Assembly: GCA_964537665.1 (NCBI GenBank)
Contig: CAZIBP010000002.1
Coordinates: 1 to 58,365 of the forward strand
Source: an uncultured Pseudomonadales bacterium
GTDB lineage: Bacteria > Patescibacteriota > Microgenomatia > UBA1400 > PJMF01
Direction: 5' to 3'
DNA: 58,365 nucleotides
The notes below the pieces were generated by a model. That model searched no databases. It worked only from the letters and a program-made list of their open reading frames with translations, and was not told the DNA's origin. A program made the position numbers and the translations under genes. Every line of letters starts with the position of its first letter. Within the stretch, counting starts at the first letter, position 1. This document shows positions 46,530 to 55,619 of the stretch, piece by piece.

Positions 46530-48116
46530 TTATTGTCTCAAATACAAGGTCATACTTTCAAGTTGATTATTTGCTAGGTAGTAATTTGCTAAGTACTCTT
46601 CCAATTTGGGAAAAGCTTGGTTTTCATTTTTCATGACAATGATCAGTCTAGGTTCTTCTTTTACAATTTGTGCAAAAGTACGATCATAATCATTAAAATC
46701 TTTAATGTGAAAGGAAACAGTAAAGCGAGAAGTGGGAATAGTTTTGCTTTGGGCATAAAGCAATGGATTAGTGCCCCAGATAAACATTTTTTTGATTCCT
46801 AGCTCTTTAATTAATTTACTCACTATTCGATTTTCACGAACTACACTGTCAAATGAATTTTCGTATTCTTCTTGACTAATTTGCTTTGTGGCGTACTTAT
46901 AAAATTGTTGGTAATATTTTAGAGCTGAGTAAGGTCTAAAATTAAAGCTAATCATCACGTAAATCGTTAGAGCTAGTAAACTAAGACTCAAAACTAAGCT
47001 CTTGGCAGAATGTAAAATTTTATTTTTACTGATTTCCTTTAGGGATACGAAAAGATTGACTAGTATTAAGGCAAAAGCAGGCACCATTTGGATGAAATAA
47101 TGCGGATATGGTCTACTAGAGAGTAGGACTGCATATAAAGTCAATATAAAATACAAGCTAATAAACTGAAATCTCTTTTTTAGTTGGTTGCTGTTTAAGG
47201 AAATCAGGACGAAAAGAACAAATAAAATAATTGTTTTGCCAGTCATGCTAAAGGCAAAATTGATCAAATTGTTGCCTAAATCAATTGGCCAAGATTGACT
47301 GTATCTAAAATTATAAAGTAAGCCATAGTCCAGATAATCTTGTCCTTGTCCCTGTATCACGAAATAAATAATAGAAATTAAAATGGGCAATAATAAACCA
47401 GTGACAAACATTAATCCTCGATTGAACAAATAATTAAATAATGTTTTGAAATTTTGATAGTCGCTTTTTTCATCAAAAAAATTATTGACCAAAATTAACC
47501 AAAAAATAGATAGGAAGGCGGCAACATCAAGGATAGCTGGAACTTTGGTTAAAATTCCCAACCCCATCATAAAACCGGCGGAAATAAGTAAGAGGGTGTC
47601 TTTCTTATTCTTTTGTAAAGTAAACTTCTTTTCAAGTAACGCTCGAAAAATTGAGCTTTTACTAAACAACAGTGCTCCCGCCATGACAAATCCCATAACG
47701 AATAATTCTCCATTTGGGATATGACCTTCCAACCATGGCAAAGTAGTAAAAATCACTAAAATAGCGCTAGCCCAAAAAGCTAAGCTTTTTTTCTTAAATA
47801 ATTCTTTGGCAAAATTAAAAAACAGACTAGTGGTGACAAGCATCCAGATTAAATTTAGGATTCTAAAATAAAATTGATTAGGCACCATTGCCAAGTAATA
47901 AATTAGGGGCGTTTTATGATCAATAATAGTGGTGTAAAGCCGACCTCCATTTTTTAATGCGTTGCCTAGTGTCAGATAAATTGCTTCATCACCATACCAG
48001 TAAGGTTCAAAAAAATTAGGAAGACGAAGAAGAATAATAATGACAAAGAGGATCAAAAGTGGAGTTTGTTGGTCAAGGAAACGATCAATCTTTTTTAGTA
48101 AAGAAATAAATCTCAT
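46530..48116 (-). CDS. GT-C membrane glycosyltransferase (ArnT/PMT-like, GT39/GT83)
   Basis: Early-loop YWYGDEAIY acidic motif, ~12 TM helices and a C-terminal soluble domain. Confidence 0.7.
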   Translation of the reverse strand: MRFISLLKKIDRFLDQQTPLLILFVIIILLRLPNFFEPYWYGDEAIYLTLGNALKNGGRLYTTIIDHKTPLIYYLAMVPNQFYFRILNLIWMLVTTSLFFNFAKELFKKKSLAFWASAILVIFTTLPWLEGHIPNGELFVMGFVMAGALLFSKSSIFRALLEKKFTLQKNKKDTLLLISAGFMMGLGILTKVPAILDVAAFLSIFWLILVNNFFDEKSDYQNFKTLFNYLFNRGLMFVTGLLLPILISIIYFVIQGQGQDYLDYGLLYNFRYSQSWPIDLGNNLINFAFSMTGKTIILFVLFVLISLNSNQLKKRFQFISLYFILTLYAVLLSSRPYPHYFIQMVPAFALILVNLFVSLKEISKNKILHSAKSLVLSLSLLALTIYVMISFNFRPYSALKYYQQFYKYATKQISQEEYENSFDSVVRENRIVSKLIKELGIKKMFIWGTNPLLYAQSKTIPTSRFTVSFHIKDFNDYDRTFAQIVKEEPRLIIVMKNENQAFPKLEEYLANYYLANNQLESMTLYLRQ

Positions 48117-48169
48117 ATTTTCTCATTTTATATGAGTCTTGTTATGAAATAAAGCTCAACCGTTTACTT

Positions 48170-49666
48170 TTAGACCTTTTCCGTAACTTTATACTCCATG
48201 TATTTGCCAAGCATAAGTCTGGTGTGAGCGTCTATTCCTGGTAAAGCAGAGAAAAAGAAGCCAACGATTGGAATTAAAACAAATTCTAGTGGCTGCATTA
48301 AATAAGAGAAAATTGTTCTTTTTTCTTCATTGACAGGTCTGTTGTTGCTATCAATGAGAAAAATAGTAAGCATGGCAACTAGAGAAAGGGTTAAAAGAGT
48401 GGAAGTAACTTGTGGTAGAGTTTTACCGATGATTGTTCGATTAAATTCCTCATTTAATAAAGGAGGCAGCATAGCAGAAACAGTCACAGCAAACCAGTTA
48501 ACTGGCCACAAGAAGTGATCTTCAACTACTTTCAAAACGCGAATAGTTTTGTCCCAAAATGGTAAGCCCTCTGTTAGGATGTACTGCCTAATAATGTAAG
48601 CGTCGTCGCTGACTCCCCAAGCCCAGCGCTTGATTTGTTCATATTGGCTATGCATGGTGCGCCAAAAGCCATTTGATTGAACCGCATCAGCATAAATTGG
48701 TAAGAAAATTGGTTCAACTTCAAAATCACCTTTTTTAGCGAAGTAGGATTTGAAGAATAATCGATAATCCTCTGGGATGACATCAGTATCCCAGTAGCCG
48801 ATCTCTTCAACATGTTTCAGAGTGGTGGAGTAAGTGGAGAAATTAATTAAGCGGTCGCGACGAGATAAGATATAAATTTGGGTAACTGATTGAATTGCTG
48901 CTAAAACACGGATTGGAGCCGGTACTTTCCAAATATTATTATAGAAACTAATTCCTCCTTGCCAACTACGGTTATATGGTTTTTTGCTACTCAGGAAAAG
49001 GAAGGTTAAATGAGCAAAATAATGAGGATGAAAAATGGCATCTGCGTCTTCACTAGTGATAGTGATGTTTTCAATTGGAATACCTTCTTTGTCAACTAGT
49101 TTGAACTTAGCTGCTTTGGCGCCATAGCAAGTGTTTGATGATTTACCTTTAATTTCTCCCACGATATCTGGGTGTTTACTAACCCAGAGATGACCAAATT
49201 GCTTGGCAAATTTATCTTGCAAGATTTTGGCCTTTTGATCGACAACATCCCCCTCTCTTTCTTCAAAAGAGAGCATGACATGAATATTTTCTCTTGGAAA
49301 AGTTTGTTTGGTTAAGCCAGTGAGAGTTCGCTCCAAAGTAGAAATTGGTTCTTGGTAAGTTGGGATAACTATAATGTGATGAATTTGTTTATATCTTTCT
49401 GGGAAAGTTTTTTTGAGTTCAGGTAAATAATCGTATTTGCTAAAAGCCTTAATTTTAAAATGTGAGATGGTGGCGAAAAACGTTAGGATTAAAGAGCGAT
49501 ATAACCAGTAAACAGCAAAAATAATTACGTAGTAGGCTACCACTTGAGGAATTACCAAAGATCCCCAAACTGGGAATAGAATTAAAAACCAAGAAAAAAG
49601 GCCAGGAATAATTTCCAAAGCTCTTTTGGTACGAATTGGGTGGCGACGGAAATATTTCTTAACCAT
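48170..49666 (-). CDS. Membrane-integrated family 2 glycosyltransferase, processive-synthase-like
   Basis: IVIPTYQEP, TSEDADA and the QxxRW motif (YEQIKRWAWG), flanked by TM helices. Confidence 0.8.
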   Translation of the reverse strand: MVKKYFRRHPIRTKRALEIIPGLFSWFLILFPVWGSLVIPQVVAYYVIIFAVYWLYRSLILTFFATISHFKIKAFSKYDYLPELKKTFPERYKQIHHIIVIPTYQEPISTLERTLTGLTKQTFPRENIHVMLSFEEREGDVVDQKAKILQDKFAKQFGHLWVSKHPDIVGEIKGKSSNTCYGAKAAKFKLVDKEGIPIENITITSEDADAIFHPHYFAHLTFLFLSSKKPYNRSWQGGISFYNNIWKVPAPIRVLAAIQSVTQIYILSRRDRLINFSTYSTTLKHVEEIGYWDTDVIPEDYRLFFKSYFAKKGDFEVEPIFLPIYADAVQSNGFWRTMHSQYEQIKRWAWGVSDDAYIIRQYILTEGLPFWDKTIRVLKVVEDHFLWPVNWFAVTVSAMLPPLLNEEFNRTIIGKTLPQVTSTLLTLSLVAMLTIFLIDSNNRPVNEEKRTIFSYLMQPLEFVLIPIVGFFFSALPGIDAHTRLMLGKYMEYKVTEKV

Positions 49667-49703
49667 ATCTTCAGTAATTTTTTATTATTATAGCTTATTT
49701 AGT

Positions 49704-50561
49704 CTAAGCAATGTGAAAGGCATAAAGTGAATTTTGATAAATTTCTTCCAAATTGGCACCCAATTCTTTTTCTAGGTATTTGGCTGTCATTTTGATCATT
49801 TGTGGTTCACAAATTTGTCCACGATAAGGTTCTGGGGCTAGATATGGAGCGTCAGTTTCTAGCAAAATTTTACTTGCATCAAAATTTTGAACTATTTGGA
49901 AAATTTCCCTAATATGATTGGCGTTTTTGAAAGTGATGTTGCCATCAAAACCAAAATAACTTTTTTTCAGTTGCAAAGCTTTTTTAATGTAAGTAGTTGG
50001 GCCAGATGCACAGTGAAAAATGATTGCTTCCTCAAATGACCAATATTTTTTCAAAATCTCTAGAGTTTTGAAATAGGCCTCTTCACCTTGGTCGCGCACA
50101 TGCAGAATCAACGGTAGACTTAATTCTTTTGCAAGTTCAATTTGAGCAATAAATAATTTTTCTTGAAGACTTTTAGTTTCGGTCAAATTTAATTCTGTCC
50201 CTAGATAATAATAATCTAAGCCAGTTTCACCAATGGCGACGACCCTGTTGTTGGTGGCGATTTTTTTTAGTTGTTGAATAGTTTGAGCTAAATCTTTGAT
50301 CTTATTAATTCTTTCTGGATGGATGCCCACGCTGGCGTATAAATTTTCATTAGCATTAGCAATTTCCACAGCTTTTTGACTACTAGAAAGGCCTGGTCCA
50401 ACCACAATACTTTTTCTAACCTCATTTTTTAGAGCATTTTGCAAATGTGTTCGCCAATCCATCCGTAAAATTGAAGATTTTTCCTGGATTTTAAAGCAAA
50501 AAGGATTGCCACTGTAAAGAGGCTCTAAGTTGTAGTGGCAGTGAGTGTCTACAATATTCAT
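49704..50561 (-). CDS. tatD: TatD-family metal-dependent hydrolase/DNase
   Basis: N-terminal DTHCH, internal IGETGLDYY, LHVRD and a C-terminal ETDAPYL. Confidence 0.85.
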   Translation of the reverse strand: MNIVDTHCHYNLEPLYSGNPFCFKIQEKSSILRMDWRTHLQNALKNEVRKSIVVGPGLSSSQKAVEIANANENLYASVGIHPERINKIKDLAQTIQQLKKIATNNRVVAIGETGLDYYYLGTELNLTETKSLQEKLFIAQIELAKELSLPLILHVRDQGEEAYFKTLEILKKYWSFEEAIIFHCASGPTTYIKKALQLKKSYFGFDGNITFKNANHIREIFQIVQNFDASKILLETDAPYLAPEPYRGQICEPQMIKMTAKYLEKELGANLEEIYQNSLYAFHIA

Positions 50562-50568
50562 TTTTTTA

Positions 50569-51987
50569 TTATTTTAGTCTAGGAAATAAGCCAGTCGCAA
50601 AAGATCTAACATTTCCTGCGAAATGTTCGCGAATCAAGGTAGTTGTTGCTGGCATAAATGGGCTAAGTAAAACAGAAATTTTTCTGATTTTTTGACTGGC
50701 AGTTGTTAGGATATTGACCTTTTCTGCTCCCTCTTTTTTCCAGGGAGTTTCTTTGGCCAAAAATTTGTCCAAGTCACTGACTTCTTGGTCGATATACTTT
50801 AAAGCTTGGTTAAGGTCAAAATTATCCATCAATTTTCTAAATTCATCATCGATTTTTTCATTTTCTTCTTTTAGTTGTAATCCTACTTGTTCGGCCATTT
50901 TAGCCACTCTAGAACAAAGATTGCCAATTCCGTTAGCTAATTTAGCATTAAAGTTAATATCCAATTTTTCAAAAGTTACATCAACATCTTCTTCAAAAGT
51001 ACCAAGATTCACTAATAGGTACCTGGTCGCATCGATGCCATAACGTTCAATCATGTCGCTTGGACTAATCACATTGCCGAGTGATTTACTCATTTTCTGT
51101 CCATTGACGCCAATAAAACCATTAATCAGGATCTGCTTTGAATTAGTTAAATTAGCTGAAAGTAACATGGCCTGCCACATTGCTGCCTGTTGACGTAAAT
51201 TATCTTTGCCAGCCAATTGGATGCCCGGCCAAAAATTTGAAAATTTTTCTGAATCTTGTGGCCAATCGAGTGTTGAAATGTAATTAACCAAAGCATCGAA
51301 CCACACATACATAACATGCTCATTGTCTCCAGGTACATCAATGCCCCAAGGCATTTTTGCTTTGAGGCGAGAAATGCTAAAATCTGTCAAACCGGCTTGA
51401 ACAAAAGCCTTAATCTCGTTTAATCTGATCGATGGCTTCACAAAATTTGGATTTTGTTCGTAGAGTTCTAGAAGTTTGCTTTGATATTTGCTGAAACGAA
51501 AAAAATAATTTTCTTCTTCACGAAGCTCCAACTCTTGTTGGGGATGTAGTGGACAGCGATTTTCTACTAATTCGCTTTCTGTTTTGGCTAATTCACAGCC
51601 CACACAATATTTGACGCTGTATTTAGCTTTATAAATATCACCATTTTTTTCACAAAGTCGCCAGAATTCTTGTGCTGCTTTAATGTGTTTTTCATCTGTA
51701 GTACGGATAAAATGGTTAAAACTTAGATTAAGTTGTTTTTTGAGATCTGCAAATTTAATAGCCCAGTCATCACAATAATCTTTCGCAGTCATTTGTGCTG
51801 CAATTGCTTTTTCGTAAATTTTTTGACCATGCTCATCAGTGCCGGTATTAAAAACAACTTCTTTACCTAAAATTTCTGCTTGGTATCTGGAGATAATATC
51901 AGCCTCAATGATTTCTAGAGCGAAACCTATATGTGGAGCAGCATTAACATAAGGCAAAGTAGTAGTGATATAAAATTTATTTGTCAT
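50569..51987 (-). CDS. metG: Methionyl-tRNA synthetase (short form without the C-terminal tRNA-binding domain)
   Basis: PYVNAAPHIGFAL (HIGH), zinc knuckle CVGCE...CPLH and KMSKSLGN. Confidence 0.9.
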   Translation of the reverse strand: MTNKFYITTTLPYVNAAPHIGFALEIIEADIISRYQAEILGKEVVFNTGTDEHGQKIYEKAIAAQMTAKDYCDDWAIKFADLKKQLNLSFNHFIRTTDEKHIKAAQEFWRLCEKNGDIYKAKYSVKYCVGCELAKTESELVENRCPLHPQQELELREEENYFFRFSKYQSKLLELYEQNPNFVKPSIRLNEIKAFVQAGLTDFSISRLKAKMPWGIDVPGDNEHVMYVWFDALVNYISTLDWPQDSEKFSNFWPGIQLAGKDNLRQQAAMWQAMLLSANLTNSKQILINGFIGVNGQKMSKSLGNVISPSDMIERYGIDATRYLLVNLGTFEEDVDVTFEKLDINFNAKLANGIGNLCSRVAKMAEQVGLQLKEENEKIDDEFRKLMDNFDLNQALKYIDQEVSDLDKFLAKETPWKKEGAEKVNILTTASQKIRKISVLLSPFMPATTTLIREHFAGNVRSFATGLFPRLK

Positions 51988-52015
51988 CCGGTTTATTATA
52001 TACGAAAAAGCCTTT

Positions 52016-52411
52016 TTAGTTTTTTCTAACTTGATCGAAAAAAACCAGCAAACCTAAAGTGCAGGTAAAGACTAAGATAGTTGTAAATCCAAAAAAATCA
52101 AACTTGATCTGGTTGATTTTGAAATAAACAAGTAAATTAATTAAGCAGGCTACGGTCAAACCAATTTTTGTATTAAGCGAAACAAAGGTAAAAAATAAAA
52201 AATTGGCAATACAAAGTAAAGTTAGAAATGGTAAATAACTATTTTTAAACAAGAAATTTTGAATCTGACTTGGGTAAACTTGTCGAATCAACAAATAGAT
52301 CAGAAAATAGACGAACAAGGCGATTAGTAAACAAAAAATATAACGTAAATACTTGCTTAGTATCGACTTTTTTTTGGGCTTCAATCTAGATCGGGCATGG
52401 TTCTCTACCAT
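52016..52411 (-). CDS. Small membrane protein of unknown function
   Basis: Basic N-terminus followed by 3-4 TM helices. ATG 52411 is chosen so the gene does not overlap the divergent rmuC start. Confidence 0.5.
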   Translation of the reverse strand: MVENHARSRLKPKKKSILSKYLRYIFCLLIALFVYFLIYLLIRQVYPSQIQNFLFKNSYLPFLTLLCIANFLFFTFVSLNTKIGLTVACLINLLVYFKINQIKFDFFGFTTILVFTCTLGLLVFFDQVRKN

Positions 52412-52437
52412 GTTTTCAGTATATACTAAAGCTATAT

Positions 52438-53574
52438 ATGACAAGTACAAGCTTTATTTTATTCTTTTTATTTTTTGCCGCTTTAGCTGTTTTCTATTTT
52501 TCTATCAAGAAACTTTTGCAAGAAAAGAATTCCAATAATGATCCAGAGCAGTTGGAAAATATGATTCACAAAGTTTTTGGTATGACGGCCAATAAAATTG
52601 CTGAGCAGAGCAAGCAAATTTTGTCTTCGGAAAAAGACGTTATCAAAAATGATCTGGCGAATAAACAAGCCATGATGGAAAAAATGGTCAAAGATTTGCG
52701 CCAGGAAATGAGCGAACAACAGAAAGAGATTCGTGCCATTGAAAAAGAGCAAATTGATAAAATTGGTAGTGTCAAAACTGCTGTGGAAGAGCATCGCCAA
52801 TTAACTAAAGAATTAAAAATTTCCACTGAACAATTAGCCAAAGTTTTGTCTAACAATCAAACGCGTGGAGCTTGGGGAGAGAGAATTATTGAAGATTTAC
52901 TTCAAGCTAATGGTTTACAGGAAGGAATTCACTATCTACGCCAAGCTAAATTAGGTGAATCAGTCATGAAACCAGACATTACTTTGCTTTTGCCAGATCA
53001 TCGAAATGTGCCAGTTGACGTCAAATTTCCTTATCAAGAGGTACAAAAAATGGCTTTAACTGAAAATCAGAGTGAGAAGCAAACCCATATGACGCAATTT
53101 AAGCGCGATCTCAAAATTAAAGTTGACAAAGTTGCCACCTATATTTCTCCAGAAAATGACACGCTAGATTATGCAATTATGTTTGTCCCCAATGAAGCTC
53201 TTTTTTCATTTATTAATCAAAAATTTCCGGATGTTATTGATGAAGCTTTAGCAAAAAAAGTGATTATTTGTTCACCTTTTAGTTTTTTGATTGTAGCCCG
53301 CACGGTGATGGAAAGTTATCGCAATTTCATGGTAGGTAAAAAAATTAAGGAAGTAATTAAACAGATTGACGCTTTTGCTAGCGAATGGTTTAAGTTTGAT
53401 GATGAATTTGCTAAATTTGGTCGCAGTATTGAAAGCTTGCAAAAGAACTATGAAATTTTAGCTGGCACTCGTAAACGCCAAATGGAAAAAAGAATAGCTA
53501 AGATTGAACAGTATCGAGGCAGCTCAAATGATTTGTTGGAAGAAGGTGAAAAGCCAAAGTTGTTGGAAGGGTAG
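52438..53574 (+). CDS. rmuC: DNA recombination protein RmuC
   Basis: N-terminal TM, long coiled coil, then the RmuC nuclease-like core (RGAWGERIIEDLL..., PDITLLLPDHRNVPVDVKFP, MFVPNEALF). Confidence 0.85.
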   Translation: MTSTSFILFFLFFAALAVFYFSIKKLLQEKNSNNDPEQLENMIHKVFGMTANKIAEQSKQILSSEKDVIKNDLANKQAMMEKMVKDLRQEMSEQQKEIRAIEKEQIDKIGSVKTAVEEHRQLTKELKISTEQLAKVLSNNQTRGAWGERIIEDLLQANGLQEGIHYLRQAKLGESVMKPDITLLLPDHRNVPVDVKFPYQEVQKMALTENQSEKQTHMTQFKRDLKIKVDKVATYISPENDTLDYAIMFVPNEALFSFINQKFPDVIDEALAKKVIICSPFSFLIVARTVMESYRNFMVGKKIKEVIKQIDAFASEWFKFDDEFAKFGRSIESLQKNYEILAGTRKRQMEKRIAKIEQYRGSSNDLLEEGEKPKLLEG

Positions 53575-53647
53575 TAGGTTTAATTTTTTTACTAATTTTT
53601 CAAAAGTAATATTTCTTGTAATCTTAAACTGAGATGATTATTGTTGA

Positions 53648-53718
53648 GGGCTCGTGTGCTGGTGCGCAGGTGAATCCGTGAAATTCATTCTTAGGGGGTT
53701 CGATTCCCCTCGAGTCCA
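53648..53718 (+). tRNA. tRNA-His(GUG)-like gene with non-canonical features
   Basis: Acceptor GGGCTCG/CGAGTCC, anticodon arm TGAAT-CCGTGAA-ATTCA (anticodon GTG) and T arm GGGGG-TTCGATT-CCCCT. However, the D region is only 16 nt, position -1 is A and the discriminator is A. Confidence 0.5.
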
Positions 53719-53825
53719 CAACAATATTTGATTCAGTAGTTTGTGTAAATTACATTTGCAAAAAGAAGTAAAATTTGGTATAAAATGGGTACACGGATTC
53801 ATCCTCGGGCAACCGAGAAGAATAA

Positions 53826-53857
53826 CAAAAAGGCCACACTTCGCGAGTGGCTTTTTT
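53826..53857. terminator. Bidirectional intrinsic terminator
   Basis: GCCAC...GTGGC stem flanked by an A run (53826-53830) and a T6 run (53852-53857). It lies just downstream of the minus-strand hydrolase gene. Confidence 0.6.
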
Positions 53858-53872
53858 GTTATTAAAACACAT

Positions 53873-55012
53873 TTATTTAATCATTAGTGTTTTTGCAAAA
53901 AAATTTAAATCTTTCTGAATAGCTTCAGCCCAGTTTGGTTGTAAATTGTGATTAGCTCCAGGATATTGATGAAATTCAATTTCTATCTTCTTTTTGTCAG
54001 CTGACTCACTGCTAGCAGTAGCTCTTTTTTCATTTTCTAAGTCAACTTTGCTTAAAAATTCCTTCGTCCAGCTAATTAGAGCAGAATCATCATTATTACC
54101 ATGTTGGATTTGAATTGGTCCATTGAGACGATCTAGATGTTGGCTAATGGAAAAATCAAAGACGTCATAATCCTCTTCAAATTGGGCTAAGTATTTACGT
54201 GCTTCTTTACCTTCGTCAGCATTTTCATCTGTAAAGTAAAGGATGGAATATGGAAAGGGCGCCAGAACTGGCGCCCAAAGTGTGGTGGGCAGATTGCTGC
54301 CTAAGACTTCTAGAGTTGAAACAGCAATCTGCCCACCATTACTATGTCCCCAAAGACCAATTCTTTTTGTATCAACAGTGATCTTTTGCCCAGCCAGTTT
54401 CTCAATTTGACTTAAATCAATTTCTGGAAATTGTTGTATTGTTTTAATTAAATCGATTACGTTGACGACTTTAATAAATCTTGCTTCCCAAGTGTTGCTT
54501 GGTTCTGAATCGCTCTCACTATAGCCTAAAAAGTCTGGTGCTAAGGTCAAATAGTTATTTTCTGCCAAGACAGCGGCGGCATTTTTTGTACCCAAGCCAG
54601 AATAATAATTTTCCAGAGGAGCGAAACCTCGGAGCATAATAACAGTAGCTTTATTTTCTTTACTGGCGGTTATTTGTAAATTAAGTGCTCCAGAAATGTT
54701 CTTGCCTTGACTTATGTAGGTAAAAAGCAAAACGTAACTGTTGTTGGCCAAATTTTGGCTGAGTATTTTTTTGACTTTGATTGGTTGCTGGGCACTAAAC
54801 TCTTTTTTGGCTAAATTCGTTATTGAGTATTGCAGCAATGGTAAAGTTTTAGTTTGTTCCGCAGTAATTTTGGGTTTAAGCAGAGGGATGTCATTCAAGT
54901 TCTCTTTTTTAATTTGCAAATAGGCTAGAACAAATGAGACAAAACTATTTAAGATTAAAACGAGAACAATGAAAAATATTTTTTTTGACATTTTTTTATT
55001 ATCTACAATCAT
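53873..55012 (-). CDS. Membrane-anchored alpha/beta hydrolase (S9/dienelactone-hydrolase-like)
   Basis: N-terminal TM anchor, nucleophile elbow GLWGHSNGG and a C-terminal His in GANHNL. Confidence 0.75.
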   Translation of the reverse strand: MIVDNKKMSKKIFFIVLVLILNSFVSFVLAYLQIKKENLNDIPLLKPKITAEQTKTLPLLQYSITNLAKKEFSAQQPIKVKKILSQNLANNSYVLLFTYISQGKNISGALNLQITASKENKATVIMLRGFAPLENYYSGLGTKNAAAVLAENNYLTLAPDFLGYSESDSEPSNTWEARFIKVVNVIDLIKTIQQFPEIDLSQIEKLAGQKITVDTKRIGLWGHSNGGQIAVSTLEVLGSNLPTTLWAPVLAPFPYSILYFTDENADEGKEARKYLAQFEEDYDVFDFSISQHLDRLNGPIQIQHGNNDDSALISWTKEFLSKVDLENEKRATASSESADKKKIEIEFHQYPGANHNLQPNWAEAIQKDLNFFAKTLMIK

Positions 55013-55099
55013 ACCTAAATGGGGCTTGTTTTCCAGGCTTTTATTTTTACAATATCATCCTATATCTTTATATATCAATGATTTAAGGAGTAAAAGCCA

Positions 55100-55300
55100 A
55101 TGGAACGCACTCCGACTCGTACAGCAGTTGAAAAATTCACCGATGAAGAGGGGGTTGCGCGCTATGGTATTTTTGCTTGGTTGGATTGTATCCTCAAATC
55201 TCAGAAGCGTCATGATAGTAGTCGCAATGAGAGAAGAAGGCAAGAAAGTCAGAAAGCGGAAAGAAAAAAAGAGAGATTTAAATCTGAAGATGAAGATTGA
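55100..55300 (+). CDS. Hypothetical 66-aa protein with a highly charged C-terminal tail
   Basis: SD aaggag (55085-55090) lies 9 nt upstream. Candidate promoter TTTACA-N17-TATATA at 55046-55074. Locally elevated G+C. Confidence 0.45.
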   Translation: MERTPTRTAVEKFTDEEGVARYGIFAWLDCILKSQKRHDSSRNERRRQESQKAERKKERFKSEDED

Positions 55301-55509
55301 CATAATAAAAAGGATTGATATAATCTGCCATTAACCAAGTTTTCCTCAACTATTTTCAGGAAAATTTTCAAAGAACATTAAAAAACAAATTTTTCTCCTC
55401 AGTTTTTAATTTTTTAGTTTTTATTTTTTGAAAATTGAAGAGACCCTTTGTGGCTCAGACGCTTGCGTCTGAGTTTCGAAGGGAATAACGAAGAAAGGAG
55501 GATTGCATT

Positions 55510-55602
55510 ATGAGCGTTTGCGCTAAATGTGGCCAAAACCACAAGACGAAGAAATGCCCCAATGCTTTGGTGGCTTTCTTCAAACGCATCTTCGGCGTGT
55601 AA
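55510..55602 (+). CDS. Hypothetical 30-aa mini-protein with a CCHC knuckle-like motif (MSVCAKCGQNHKTKKCPNALVAFFKRIFGV)
   Basis: Strong SD aaaggagg (55494-55501) lies 8 nt upstream. An 11-bp-stem terminator starts 18 nt after the stop. This ORF is not in the supplied ORF track because it is too short. Confidence 0.4.
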   Translation: MSVCAKCGQNHKTKKCPNALVAFFKRIFGV

Positions 55603-55619
55603 CTCCACCTTCACCATCT

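Noticed and set aside
53785-53865. 26-codon ORF (MGTRIHPRATEKNNKKATLREWLFCY)
   Set aside because: The start codon lies within or at the edge of the -10 region with no SD, and the frame reads through the terminator stem. It is more likely non-coding.
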